Positions 6,733 through 13,599 of a stretch of 64,000 bases of DNA are shown in pieces. The notes below the pieces were generated by a model. The model had not been told where the DNA came from. It saw only the letters and a list, made by a program, of their open reading frames with translations, and made no database searches. The stretch is from the IMG/VR virus record IMGVR_UViG_3300042691_022450; one strand, given 5' to 3'. The position numbers and the translations under genes are program-made. Origin of the DNA: a virus. Position 1 is the stretch's first letter. Every line of letters starts with the position of its first letter.

Positions 6733-7278
6733 ATGTCTGGTAAATCAGTTGTTGAATTTCGTCAAAGAAGAAAAAGATGGGCAGTTGAAGCATTTGGTGG
6801 AAAATGTGGTATTTGTGGTTATGATAAGTGTGTTGAAGCATTAGATTTTCACCACATAGACCCAAATGAAAAAGATTTTTCTATAACTGCATCTGTAGCA
6901 AACAGACAAGTATTTGTTGAAGAACTTAAAAAGTGTGTTTGTTTATGTTCTAACTGCCATCGTGAAGTTCATTCTGGAATTACAAAAATCCCAGATAATG
7001 TTCTAAAATTTGATGAAAGTTTTTCCAATAAACCTGTTCCAGAAAAACCAAAGCACCCTTGTAAAGAGTGTGGGAAACTAACAATCATTACTCAAACTTT
7101 TTGTTCAGTAAAATGTTCTCATAAAAGCAGAGAAGTTGTTGATTGGCCAACTAATCAAGAATTACAAAAATTAGTTCTTGAGAATGGTTATCGTTCTACT
7201 GGAAGAATGTTTGGAGTTAGTGATAATGCTGTTAGAAAAAGGTTAAATAAATTATCCAAATATCGTGGGGAAGTGTAA
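6733..7278 (+). CDS. HNH homing endonuclease inserted in tRNA array
   Basis: GGKCGICGY...LDFHHIDP...LCSNCHREVH; extra CxxC/FCS motifs and C-terminal HTH-like GVSDNAVRK. Confidence 0.9.
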   Translation: MSGKSVVEFRQRRKRWAVEAFGGKCGICGYDKCVEALDFHHIDPNEKDFSITASVANRQVFVEELKKCVCLCSNCHREVHSGITKIPDNVLKFDESFSNKPVPEKPKHPCKECGKLTIITQTFCSVKCSHKSREVVDWPTNQELQKLVLENGYRSTGRMFGVSDNAVRKRLNKLSKYRGEV

Positions 7279-7338
7279 AGGTTGCACAGAAGTCTCATAA
7301 GCTTCAGGTTGGTGGTTCGATTCCACCCCCCGCCACCA
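7264..7338 (+). tRNA. tRNA-Met (CAU), initiator-like
   Basis: C1.C72 mismatch; GAAGT-CTCATAA-GCTTC; CCA; overlaps HNH stop. Confidence 0.82.
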
Positions 7339-7341
7339 AAT

Positions 7342-7415
7342 GCCCATATACTCCAACTGGCAGAGAGGGTGGACTTAGAATCCATACAGTGTAGGTTCGA
7401 CTCCTATTATGGGCA
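7342..7415 (+). tRNA. tRNA-Leu (UAG), short variable arm
   Basis: GTGGA-CTTAGAA-TCCAT. Confidence 0.88.
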
Positions 7416-7419
7416 CCTA

Positions 7420-7492
7420 GGGGTCTTAGCTCAATTGGTAGAGCATTTGCTTTGCAAGCAAGAGGTTAGGGGTTCGAGTCCCCTAGATTCCA
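7420..7492 (+). tRNA. tRNA-Ala (UGC)
   Basis: G3.U70; TTGC-TTTGCAA-GCAA. Confidence 0.93.
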
Positions 7493-7712
7493 TTGTCCAA
7501 GAGGATAAGAAGTCTGATGTTTCGGACGGGGTTTCGATTACCCCCATCTCCATTACTTGGGGGTGCCAGGTTTCGACGGGGCATAAAGGTCTTATCTGTT
7601 GACGGGACAAGAAAACAAACGCAAACAAAATTGTTGCTTTCTCTCGTCAAACCGCATTGGTTTGAACTAAACGAGTGAGGGGGTTATAAGTTTCCTTCTT
7701 ACCCAAAACTTA
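7493..7712 (+). ncRNA. ssrA: Circularly permuted (two-piece) tmRNA; tag ANKIVAFSRQTALV
   Basis: T arm and 3' acceptor strand (GGGGTTTCGATTACCCCCATCTCCA, 7528-7552) precede the 5' strand GGGGGTG..GGTTTCGAC (7559); G3.U70; tag frame 7621-7665. Confidence 0.9.
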
Positions 7713-7714
7713 CA

Positions 7715-7739
7715 AGGAGGTGTAATGCCTCCTATTTTT
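7715..7739 (+). terminator. Intrinsic terminator ending tRNA/tmRNA operon
   Basis: AGGAGG..CCTCCT hairpin plus T run. Confidence 0.75.
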
Positions 7740-7775
7740 GTGCCTTGTGCCAATATAAGGACTGGCACAAGGCAC

Positions 7776-7804
7776 TTGACATTCCGTCAAAACTTTGTTA
7801 TGAT
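7776..7804 (+). promoter_or_regulatory. Sigma70 promoter for Ro60-like gene
   Basis: TTGACA-17-TATGAT, preceded by a GTGCCA-N10-TGGCAC palindrome. Confidence 0.75.
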
Positions 7805-7821
7805 GAATAAGTACTCGATAA

Positions 7822-7880
7822 AAGATCAGGCAGCAATACAATACATTTTCCTTTCAAGAAAACCCATAAAAACTGATCTT
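7822..7880 (+). ncRNA. CAGCAA stem module A (Y-RNA-like candidate)
   Basis: AAGATCAG/CTGATCTT stem, CAGCAA, internal TTTTC-CTTTCAA-GAAAA hairpin. Confidence 0.65.
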
Positions 7881-7886
7881 GTATTA

Positions 7887-7940
7887 AAGTTAATTCAGCA
7901 ACACAACTTTGAATCTGTAAACTCAAAACAACATTAACTT
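7887..7940 (+). ncRNA. CAGCAA stem module B, abutting the RBS
   Basis: AAGTTAAT/ATTAACTT stem, CAGCAA, internal hairpin containing CTGTAAA. Confidence 0.6.
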
Positions 7941-7952
7941 GGAGAAAAAATT

Positions 7953-9419
7953 ATGACTTTCCTGACCGCACTTGAAACTGAACTGAACACCACTGAAACT
8001 CTCAATGGTGCCAAAGCATATAAATCTACTCTCAACAAATGTGTAGACCTGTTCGGTAAAATCTCTGCCTGTCGTAATGACATTCCACAGGCACGGAAAC
8101 TATTTGCTCACGCATATATGGAAGACCCTGAGACTGCGACTCGTATTCTCTTCAATGCCCGTGATATTCGTGGTGGGCAAGGAGAACGTGAAGTCTTCCG
8201 TAATCTATTCAAAGACCTTGTGAATGGGAATAGTGAAATTGCAACTAAACTTATTGAACTCATTCCTGTCTATGGTCGTTGGGATGACCTTCTAATTCTT
8301 GAAGGCACTGCTATCTGGGATAATGTTGTGGATGTTATCATCACGCAACTTGGTAAAGATGATGTTGCTCTGACCGCAGGGGAGAATGTTTCTCTGCTTG
8401 GTAAGTGGATGCCTTCTATCAATGCTTCTAGTGCTGATAGCAAACGTCTTGGTCGTGTGTTCGCAAAACGTCTTGAACTGAACGAACGTCAGTATCGTAA
8501 GTTCCTGACTGCTCTTCGTTTTCAAATTAAAATTGTGGAACAGAAGATGTGTTCCAAAGAATGGTCTGAGATTGACTACGAACATCTTCCTTCTCGTGCT
8601 GGATTTATGTATCGTAAGGCATTCGCAAAGCAGGATGCTACTCGTTACGCAGAATATTTGAGTGCCGTGGAGAAAGGTGATAAGAAAATCAATGCTGGAA
8701 CCATCTATCCTTATGAGATTGTAGATAAGTATCTCTACAAAGGTGGCAGTCAAGATAAGACTATTGACCTGATGTGGGAGGCACTGCCTAACTATATGGA
8801 AGGTCAAGAACTCAATGGTCTTGTGGTTGCCGATGTTTCTGGTAGTATGATGGGAACTCCAATGGCAGTTTCTATCTCTCTTGCGATGTATATTGCCGAA
8901 CGCAATACTGGTATTTGGAAAGATAAGTTCATCACTTTCTCTGAATCTCCTGAACTTCAATCCATCGTCGGTAATACTATCGGTGACCGTATTCGCAATC
9001 TTGCCAGTTCTTCTTGGGGATTCAATACTGACCTCAAAGCAGTATTTGAAAGTGTTCTGAATGCAGGAATCAAGAATAATGTTCCTGACGCAGAAATGCC
9101 TAAGAAACTTATCATTGTTTCTGATATGCAGTTTGACCAAGCGTGTAGTTCTAACAAACGCACCAACTTTGAGCAAATTCAGAAGATGTATCATAAGGCA
9201 GGATATGAGATGCCTGAACTTGTTTTCTGGAATGTGAATGCGATTGGGGGCAATGTTCCTATAACTATCCACGATACTGGAACTTGTCTGGTTTCAGGAT
9301 GTTCTCCTTCCATTCTGAAAAGTGTTCTGGGTGGTAAAACTATCACTCCTGTTGACGTGATGAAGGATGCGGTGTATGATGAACGTTATGCTCCTATCGG
9401 TGAGGCATTCAGTTCCTGA
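7953..9419 (+). CDS. DUF2828-type Ro60/TROVE-like protein with C-terminal vWA domain
   Basis: RDIRGGQGER, GRWDDL, GKWMPS motifs; vWA MIDAS DVSGSM, NTD, SDMQFD, FWN. Confidence 0.85.
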   Translation: MTFLTALETELNTTETLNGAKAYKSTLNKCVDLFGKISACRNDIPQARKLFAHAYMEDPETATRILFNARDIRGGQGEREVFRNLFKDLVNGNSEIATKLIELIPVYGRWDDLLILEGTAIWDNVVDVIITQLGKDDVALTAGENVSLLGKWMPSINASSADSKRLGRVFAKRLELNERQYRKFLTALRFQIKIVEQKMCSKEWSEIDYEHLPSRAGFMYRKAFAKQDATRYAEYLSAVEKGDKKINAGTIYPYEIVDKYLYKGGSQDKTIDLMWEALPNYMEGQELNGLVVADVSGSMMGTPMAVSISLAMYIAERNTGIWKDKFITFSESPELQSIVGNTIGDRIRNLASSSWGFNTDLKAVFESVLNAGIKNNVPDAEMPKKLIIVSDMQFDQACSSNKRTNFEQIQKMYHKAGYEMPELVFWNVNAIGGNVPITIHDTGTCLVSGCSPSILKSVLGGKTITPVDVMKDAVYDERYAPIGEAFSS

Positions 9420-9442
9420 ACTGACACAAGGGGGGGGGGAGG

Positions 9443-9472
9443 TTGACAAAACTCCCCAACCTGTAATATAAT
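9443..9472 (+). promoter_or_regulatory. Sigma70 promoter driving the ncRNA array
   Basis: TTGACA-18-TATAAT immediately before the first module. Confidence 0.7.
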
Positions 9473-9479
9473 AATTTTA

Positions 9480-9527
9480 TAGATGGTTCAGCAATTTTAC
9501 CCATTTTATAGGAAAAACAACCATCTA
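9480..9527 (+). ncRNA. CAGCAA module 1
   Basis: TAGATGGTT-CAGCAA...AACCATCTA. Confidence 0.7.
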
Positions 9528-9534
9528 GCAAACA

Positions 9535-9603
9535 AAGGTCTCTCAGCATTTCAATTTTCTCCAAACTCAAATCTGAGACTCTGAAAAACCTCAGTGAGAC
9601 CTT
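9535..9603 (+). ncRNA. CAGCA module 2
   Basis: AAGGTCTC-T-CAGCA...GAGACCTT with inner CTGAG/CTCAG hairpin. Confidence 0.65.
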
Positions 9604-9614
9604 GAAAAAACAAA

Positions 9615-9734
9615 GGGAACGTGGTGTAACGGTAGCATTAACAAAATCGGTAATCTTGTATAAGATTCGGACAGCAATTTCTATTACTTTTTCTGTAAAA
9701 AAAAAAGGTTCAGGTTCGAGTCCTGACGTTTCCA
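9615..9734 (+). ncRNA. tRNA-like RNA (Tyr GUA loop) with CAGCAA insert, module 3
   Basis: Acceptor GGGAACG/CGTTTCC, D arm, T arm TCAGG-TTCGAGT-CCTGA, insert AATCTT-gtat-AAGATT..CAGCAA, then TTTTT-CTGTAAA-AAAAA. Confidence 0.75.
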
Positions 9735-9735
9735 T

Positions 9736-9783
9736 TAGATGATTCAGCAATTTACTGCTTGGTTATGCAAACAAAATCATCTA
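9736..9783 (+). ncRNA. CAGCAA module 4
   Basis: TAGATGATT-CAGCAA...AATCATCTA. Confidence 0.7.
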
Positions 9784-9789
9784 GTTTAA

Positions 9790-9902
9790 AGGAAGGTAGC
9801 TCAGTTGGTAGAGCAACGTAAAATATATCTTGCCAAAGATATTCACAGCAATTAAACTGCATTGGGGGCCGTTGGTCGCAAGTTCGAATCTTGCCCTTCC
9901 TA
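9790..9902 (+). ncRNA. tRNA-like RNA (UGG loop) with 40-nt CAGCAA insert, module 5
   Basis: Canonical acceptor, D and T arms; anticodon stem ACG|insert 9819-9858|GC-ATTGGGG-GCCGT. Confidence 0.8.
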
Positions 9903-9906
9903 CTTA

Positions 9907-9953
9907 TAGATAGTTCAGCAATTTACCCATTTTATAGGAAAAACAACTATCTA
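9907..9953 (+). ncRNA. CAGCAA module 6 (near-copy of module 1)
   Basis: TAGATAGTT-CAGCAA...AACTATCTA; compensatory G-C to A-T change relative to module 1. Confidence 0.72.
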
Positions 9954-9963
9954 GAACAAATAA

Positions 9964-10042
9964 GAGATTATTCAGCAACTCCAAAGGATAACGGTTTATC
10001 AATAGGTAAACTTAGAGAGAATCGAATCTCTCAAATAATCTC
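9964..10042 (+). ncRNA. CAGCAA module 7
   Basis: GAGATTATT-CAGCAA...AATAATCTC with two inner hairpins. Confidence 0.68.
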
Positions 10043-10050
10043 GAAAATAC

Positions 10051-10164
10051 GGGGATGTAGCTCAGTTGGTAGAGCAACGTAAAATATATCTTGTCAAAGG
10101 ATATTCACAGCAATTAAATCGCATTCTAAGCCGTAAGTTACAGGTTCAAGTCCTGTCATCCCCT
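10051..10164 (+). ncRNA. tRNA-like RNA (UCU loop) with 41-nt CAGCAA insert, module 8
   Basis: Acceptor GGGGATG/CATCCCC; ACG|insert 10080-10120|GC-ATTCTAA-GCCGT; T arm intact. Confidence 0.8.
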
Positions 10165-10166
10165 TC

Positions 10167-10284
10167 GAGAATGTAGCCCAAATGGCAGAGGCACCGTTTA
10201 TAAAAAAGTCATCTTGTTGTTAAGATGCGTCAGCATTAAATAAAAAGGCACGATCCAGTGTAGGTTCGAATCCTACCATTCTCA
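10167..10284 (+). ncRNA. tRNA-like RNA (Leu-type body) with CAGCA insert, module 9
   Basis: Acceptor GAGAATG/CATTCTC, D and T arms; CATCTT..AAGATG hairpin then CAGCA; no clear anticodon loop. Confidence 0.72.
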
Positions 10285-10372
10285 TACACAAAGACCAGTT
10301 TTTAAACTGGTACATAATACTTCCAATGCTCCTTCAGACCTGCTATAATACACAGGTAATCAACGAAATCCA

Positions 10373-10552
10373 ATGAAACTTGTCGGTCTTGCTTTTGGTG
10401 TAATTGTCCTTGCTGTTGCTGGACTATTCTTTGAGGCATGGTTGCTTGGAGTGATTCTGTCTTGGTTTGGTGTGACACTGACATTCTGGCAGAACTTTGC
10501 CATTATCTTCCTTGCTAATGCTATTTTCAAATCTAACGTATCTTCCAAGTGA
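10373..10552 (+). CDS. Small membrane protein
   Basis: MKLVGLAFGVIVLAVAGLFFEAWLLGVILSWFG... hydrophobic; first gene after a promoter cassette. Confidence 0.75.
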   Translation: MKLVGLAFGVIVLAVAGLFFEAWLLGVILSWFGVTLTFWQNFAIIFLANAIFKSNVSSK

Positions 10553-10854
10553 AACCTATTCTTGCTATTGTTGGTGGTGTTGCTCTTCTTTGGGGTATTG
10601 CCTACCACCAACTTATCTTCACTGCATTCTTCGGTCCTAAGTTTGAGAATGTTCGTAGGAATACCTTTGAGCAATCAAAGTCCTTCCGAACTGGTGCTGT
10701 TCAAGAACTGCAAAATATGCAGTTTGAATACATTAAAGCATCTCCTGAACACAAGAAAGCACTCGCAGATATTATTCGGCACCGTGCTGTAGAAGTTCCT
10801 GCTGATGCCATGCCTACCGACCTCCAATCATTCATCTCCAATCTTCCTAACTGA
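10549..10854 (+). CDS. Hypothetical membrane-anchored protein
   Basis: N-terminal TM segment; GTGA overlap with previous stop. Confidence 0.75.
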   Translation: MKPILAIVGGVALLWGIAYHQLIFTAFFGPKFENVRRNTFEQSKSFRTGAVQELQNMQFEYIKASPEHKKALADIIRHRAVEVPADAMPTDLQSFISNLPN

Positions 10855-10859
10855 TTATA

Positions 10860-11399
10860 ATGACCGAAAACTACCCCGAGTTCGTTCCTTTTCCTAAGAT
10901 TCCCCGTCTTCATAAAGAATGTGTAGTTACTGAAAAGATTGATGGAACTAATGGTATTATCTACATCACTGACGATGGAGATATGTTTATCGGAAGTCGC
11001 AATCGTTGGTTGAGTGCAGAGTCTGACAATTTTGGGTTTCATCGTTGGGCATCTGAAAATCAAGATGAACTGATGAAACTTGGTGCTGGTCGTCATCACG
11101 GAGAATGGTGGGGTAGTGGTATTCAACGAGGTTATAATCTACCCAAAGGTGAGAAAAGGTTCTCCTTGTTTAATGTGAGTATCTGGAATTATGAAAACAA
11201 ACCAGAGTGTTGCTATGTTGTTCCTACTCTTTATACTGGAGAGTTTAGCACTAATGAACTTGATGATGCGATGGATAAACTTTGGGATTATGGTTCTGTT
11301 GCCTCTCCAGGGTTTATGAATCCAGAAGGTGTGATGATTTTCCATTCTGCTGCGAATCATTATTTCAAGGCACCTTTTGATAAAAATCATAAGGGTTGA
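10860..11399 (+). CDS. RNA ligase (Rnl2-like nucleotidyltransferase domain)
   Basis: Motif I TEKIDGTN, SRNR, DNFGF, GEWWG, motif IV EGVM, terminal K. Confidence 0.85.
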   Translation: MTENYPEFVPFPKIPRLHKECVVTEKIDGTNGIIYITDDGDMFIGSRNRWLSAESDNFGFHRWASENQDELMKLGAGRHHGEWWGSGIQRGYNLPKGEKRFSLFNVSIWNYENKPECCYVVPTLYTGEFSTNELDDAMDKLWDYGSVASPGFMNPEGVMIFHSAANHYFKAPFDKNHKG

Positions 11400-11482
11400 G
11401 GACACCTGACGAACTGGCACAAAGGCACTTCCCCAGTGCCCTGTGATGCCCTATAATGACTTCATACACAACCAAATCCCTG

Positions 11483-11782
11483 ATGAACTACACTCCCGAA
11501 CAAATCGCAGAAATCGTCCTTAAAGTTCTTAAGGAAGTAAATGAACCTGATGTTCTCACACTTTCTTTTGATGAAAAATATAAACTAGCAAAAAATCCAA
11601 ACACACCTGTAGAAACTCTAAAGGTTCTTGCGACCGATAAGGATTGTAGTGTTCGTTGGGTGGTTGGACAAAATCCAAACTATAAGACTCAAACTCTTGA
11701 ACTGACTCAAGTTCAATATGATGCTCTTAAGGTTCTTCTGAAATCAAGTCAAGATGAGACTCTTAAGACCCTGACACTCTGA
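11483..11782 (+). CDS. Leucine-rich-repeat-variant (LRV) containing protein
   Basis: LAKNPNTPVETLKVLATD..VRWVVGQNPN. Confidence 0.65.
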   Translation: MNYTPEQIAEIVLKVLKEVNEPDVLTLSFDEKYKLAKNPNTPVETLKVLATDKDCSVRWVVGQNPNYKTQTLELTQVQYDALKVLLKSSQDETLKTLTL

Positions 11783-11849
11783 CAACTGGCACAAGACCCC
11801 TCCCATTCCCCTCAATCCCTGCTATAATTACAAAGTAATCAACAAAACC

Positions 11850-12335
11850 ATGAAACCTTTTATTGCTCTTGCTTCAATCGCACTTCTGAGTGTAACTCTT
11901 GTTGGTTGTGAAGAATATGGAGATTCTGATGATAAGCAACGTGCTCAACAAGAACGTATTCTGAAAGAAGGTACGGCACAAACTGGTATGCCTGCCATCA
12001 AGAACTTCCGTGAACGTAAATTGCTGAAGCAGATTATTGAAATGCGTGACCAGGATGGTCTGGTGACTTATACTTACACTGTTCCTGAAACTACTGGTCG
12101 TCCAGTGTTTCTGTGTAACTCTATTGGTTATGCCATTCCTGCTGCCACACAATATACCAATCCTGAGAAGTATGAATACACTGGCACAACTCTTCCACAG
12201 GCAGAACCGAATGGTCTGTACTCTCCTTCCAGTGCCGAAGGATCTTGGGTGATGTGTACTGACCCCAATGGTTCTGGAAAGACCGGACCTATGTACATTG
12301 AACCTCGTGTGATTGTATCCCTATTCAAACTGTGA
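11850..12335 (+). CDS. Putative lipoprotein
   Basis: Signal peptide with lipobox LVGC; PQAEPNGLY motif. Confidence 0.75.
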   Translation: MKPFIALASIALLSVTLVGCEEYGDSDDKQRAQQERILKEGTAQTGMPAIKNFRERKLLKQIIEMRDQDGLVTYTYTVPETTGRPVFLCNSIGYAIPAATQYTNPEKYEYTGTTLPQAEPNGLYSPSSAEGSWVMCTDPNGSGKTGPMYIEPRVIVSLFKL

Positions 12336-12529
12336 TGAACTCCAAAGGATTTACTCTTATTGAGTTGCTGATTGTTGTTGCTATTGCTGGTATTGGATGT
12401 GCTGCTTTGTTTAGTATTGCCACAGGCAACTCTATTGTTCCATCCAAACAATCCTGTATTGCTGCTGGAGGCAAATGGTCTGAAGGCATTCAATACGGTC
12501 GTATCACTCAACTCTGTACTTATAACTGA
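12332..12529 (+). CDS. Type IV pilin-like small protein (prepilin N-terminal methylation motif)
   Basis: SKG|FTLIELLIVVAIAGI; C-terminal Cys pair. Confidence 0.8.
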   Translation: MMNSKGFTLIELLIVVAIAGIGCAALFSIATGNSIVPSKQSCIAAGGKWSEGIQYGRITQLCTYN

Positions 12530-12531
12530 TT

Positions 12532-12963
12532 ATGACTAAAGTAGTATATAACGCCAATTTTGGTGGGTTCAATCTGTCCCGTGAAGCATGTAATCGTTAC
12601 TGGGAACTTCAAGGCAAAGAAGTTTGGATTGAACAAGACAAACAATTCAAATCTTTTGACATGTTCACTGTTTGGTTAGTTCCACCTGAAGAACGTGCTG
12701 TAAAACCAGAACCCTGGTATTCTGTACCAATTGAAGAACGAATTGCTTACAACAAAAAGCATTCCGAACAAACTTGGTATTATGGAAATGTTGACCGTCA
12801 CGATCCTATTCTGGTTCAGGTTGTAGAAGAACTGGGTGACAAAGCAAACGGAATGTGTGCTAAACTTGCTATTGATGAGGTCTCTGGTCCTTATCGTATT
12901 GATGAATATGATGGGTATGAGACTGTTAAAGAACCTGATGGTTATGATTGGATTACTCCCTGA
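12532..12963 (+). CDS. Conserved phage hypothetical protein
   Basis: KVVYNANFGGFNLS...RHDPILVQVVEELG...IDEYDGYE. Confidence 0.8.
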   Translation: MTKVVYNANFGGFNLSREACNRYWELQGKEVWIEQDKQFKSFDMFTVWLVPPEERAVKPEPWYSVPIEERIAYNKKHSEQTWYYGNVDRHDPILVQVVEELGDKANGMCAKLAIDEVSGPYRIDEYDGYETVKEPDGYDWITP

Positions 12964-12982
12964 ACTTTATTTGAGGTAAATT

Positions 12983-13390
12983 ATGACTCGTTACGATGAT
13001 CCCAACACTCCTGTTGCTATTGTTTTTGGTGTTGGGTTTGTAGTTGTTATTGCTCTGCTGTTTATTGGTGGACCAATGTATAATGTGTGGCAACAATCTC
13101 TTGCTGGTAAAGCAGAACTGCAAAAGGCAGAATACACTCGTCAGGTTGCGGTTCTGGAAGCACAAGCAAAGAAAGATAGTGCTCAACAACTTGCTGATGC
13201 TGAAATCATCCGTGCTTCTGGTGTTGCCAAGGCAAACCAAATCATCGGTGATAGTCTGAAGGACAATCGTGAGTATCTTCAGTATCTTTATATCACTGGT
13301 ATCGAAGATGGCAGTAAGAATGGTAATGTAACCATCTATGTGCCTACTGAAGGTGGTATGCCTGTTCCTACTCTCCAAATGAATAAGTGA
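12983..13390 (+). CDS. Membrane protein with SPFH/Band7-like coiled-coil tail
   Basis: TM helix then AEIIRASGVAKANQII...YLQYLYI. Confidence 0.65.
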   Translation: MTRYDDPNTPVAIVFGVGFVVVIALLFIGGPMYNVWQQSLAGKAELQKAEYTRQVAVLEAQAKKDSAQQLADAEIIRASGVAKANQIIGDSLKDNREYLQYLYITGIEDGSKNGNVTIYVPTEGGMPVPTLQMNK

Positions 13391-13599
13391 TTATGGCAAC
13401 TGCAACTAAACGTAAATTTGTTTGTGTAGAACCTGTGTCAAATCTGGCAAAAGTCAGGTTTGATGTAGAGATGGATAATCTACATAGTTGCTATGTAGAT
13501 GATGAAAAAGATGGAACTATGTTCCTGACATCAGTGAATGGAAAATACAAATTCACTCTAAACAAAGCACAAGATTTTAACTGGCAAATTGTTAAATGA
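13387..13599 (+). CDS. Hypothetical protein
   Basis: Coupled stop/start in operon. Confidence 0.7.
   Translation: MIMATATKRKFVCVEPVSNLAKVRFDVEMDNLHSCYVDDEKDGTMFLTSVNGKYKFTLNKAQDFNWQIVK

Noticed and set aside
4016-7492. Stop-codon reassignment or suppressor tRNAs
   Set aside because: No CUA, UUA or UCA anticodons found, and genes are intact under the standard code
9430-9439. Poly-G tract as a phase-variation switch for the RNA array promoter
   Set aside because: It lies upstream of the -35, pairs with CTCCCC as a hairpin, and homopolymer length may be a sequencing error
4090-10082. ORF-track entries overlapping tRNA, tmRNA and ncRNA genes (4090, 4393, 7188, 7282, 7431, 7493, 7725, 9409, 9891, and 5' extensions of 5519 and 6206)
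   Set aside because: They translate structured RNA genes and lack RBSs or protein-like composition
9480-10284. CRISPR array interpretation of the repeated CAGCAA units
   Set aside because: Repeats are not identical, unit lengths vary from about 47 to 120 nt, each unit is closed by its own stem, and no cas genes are present
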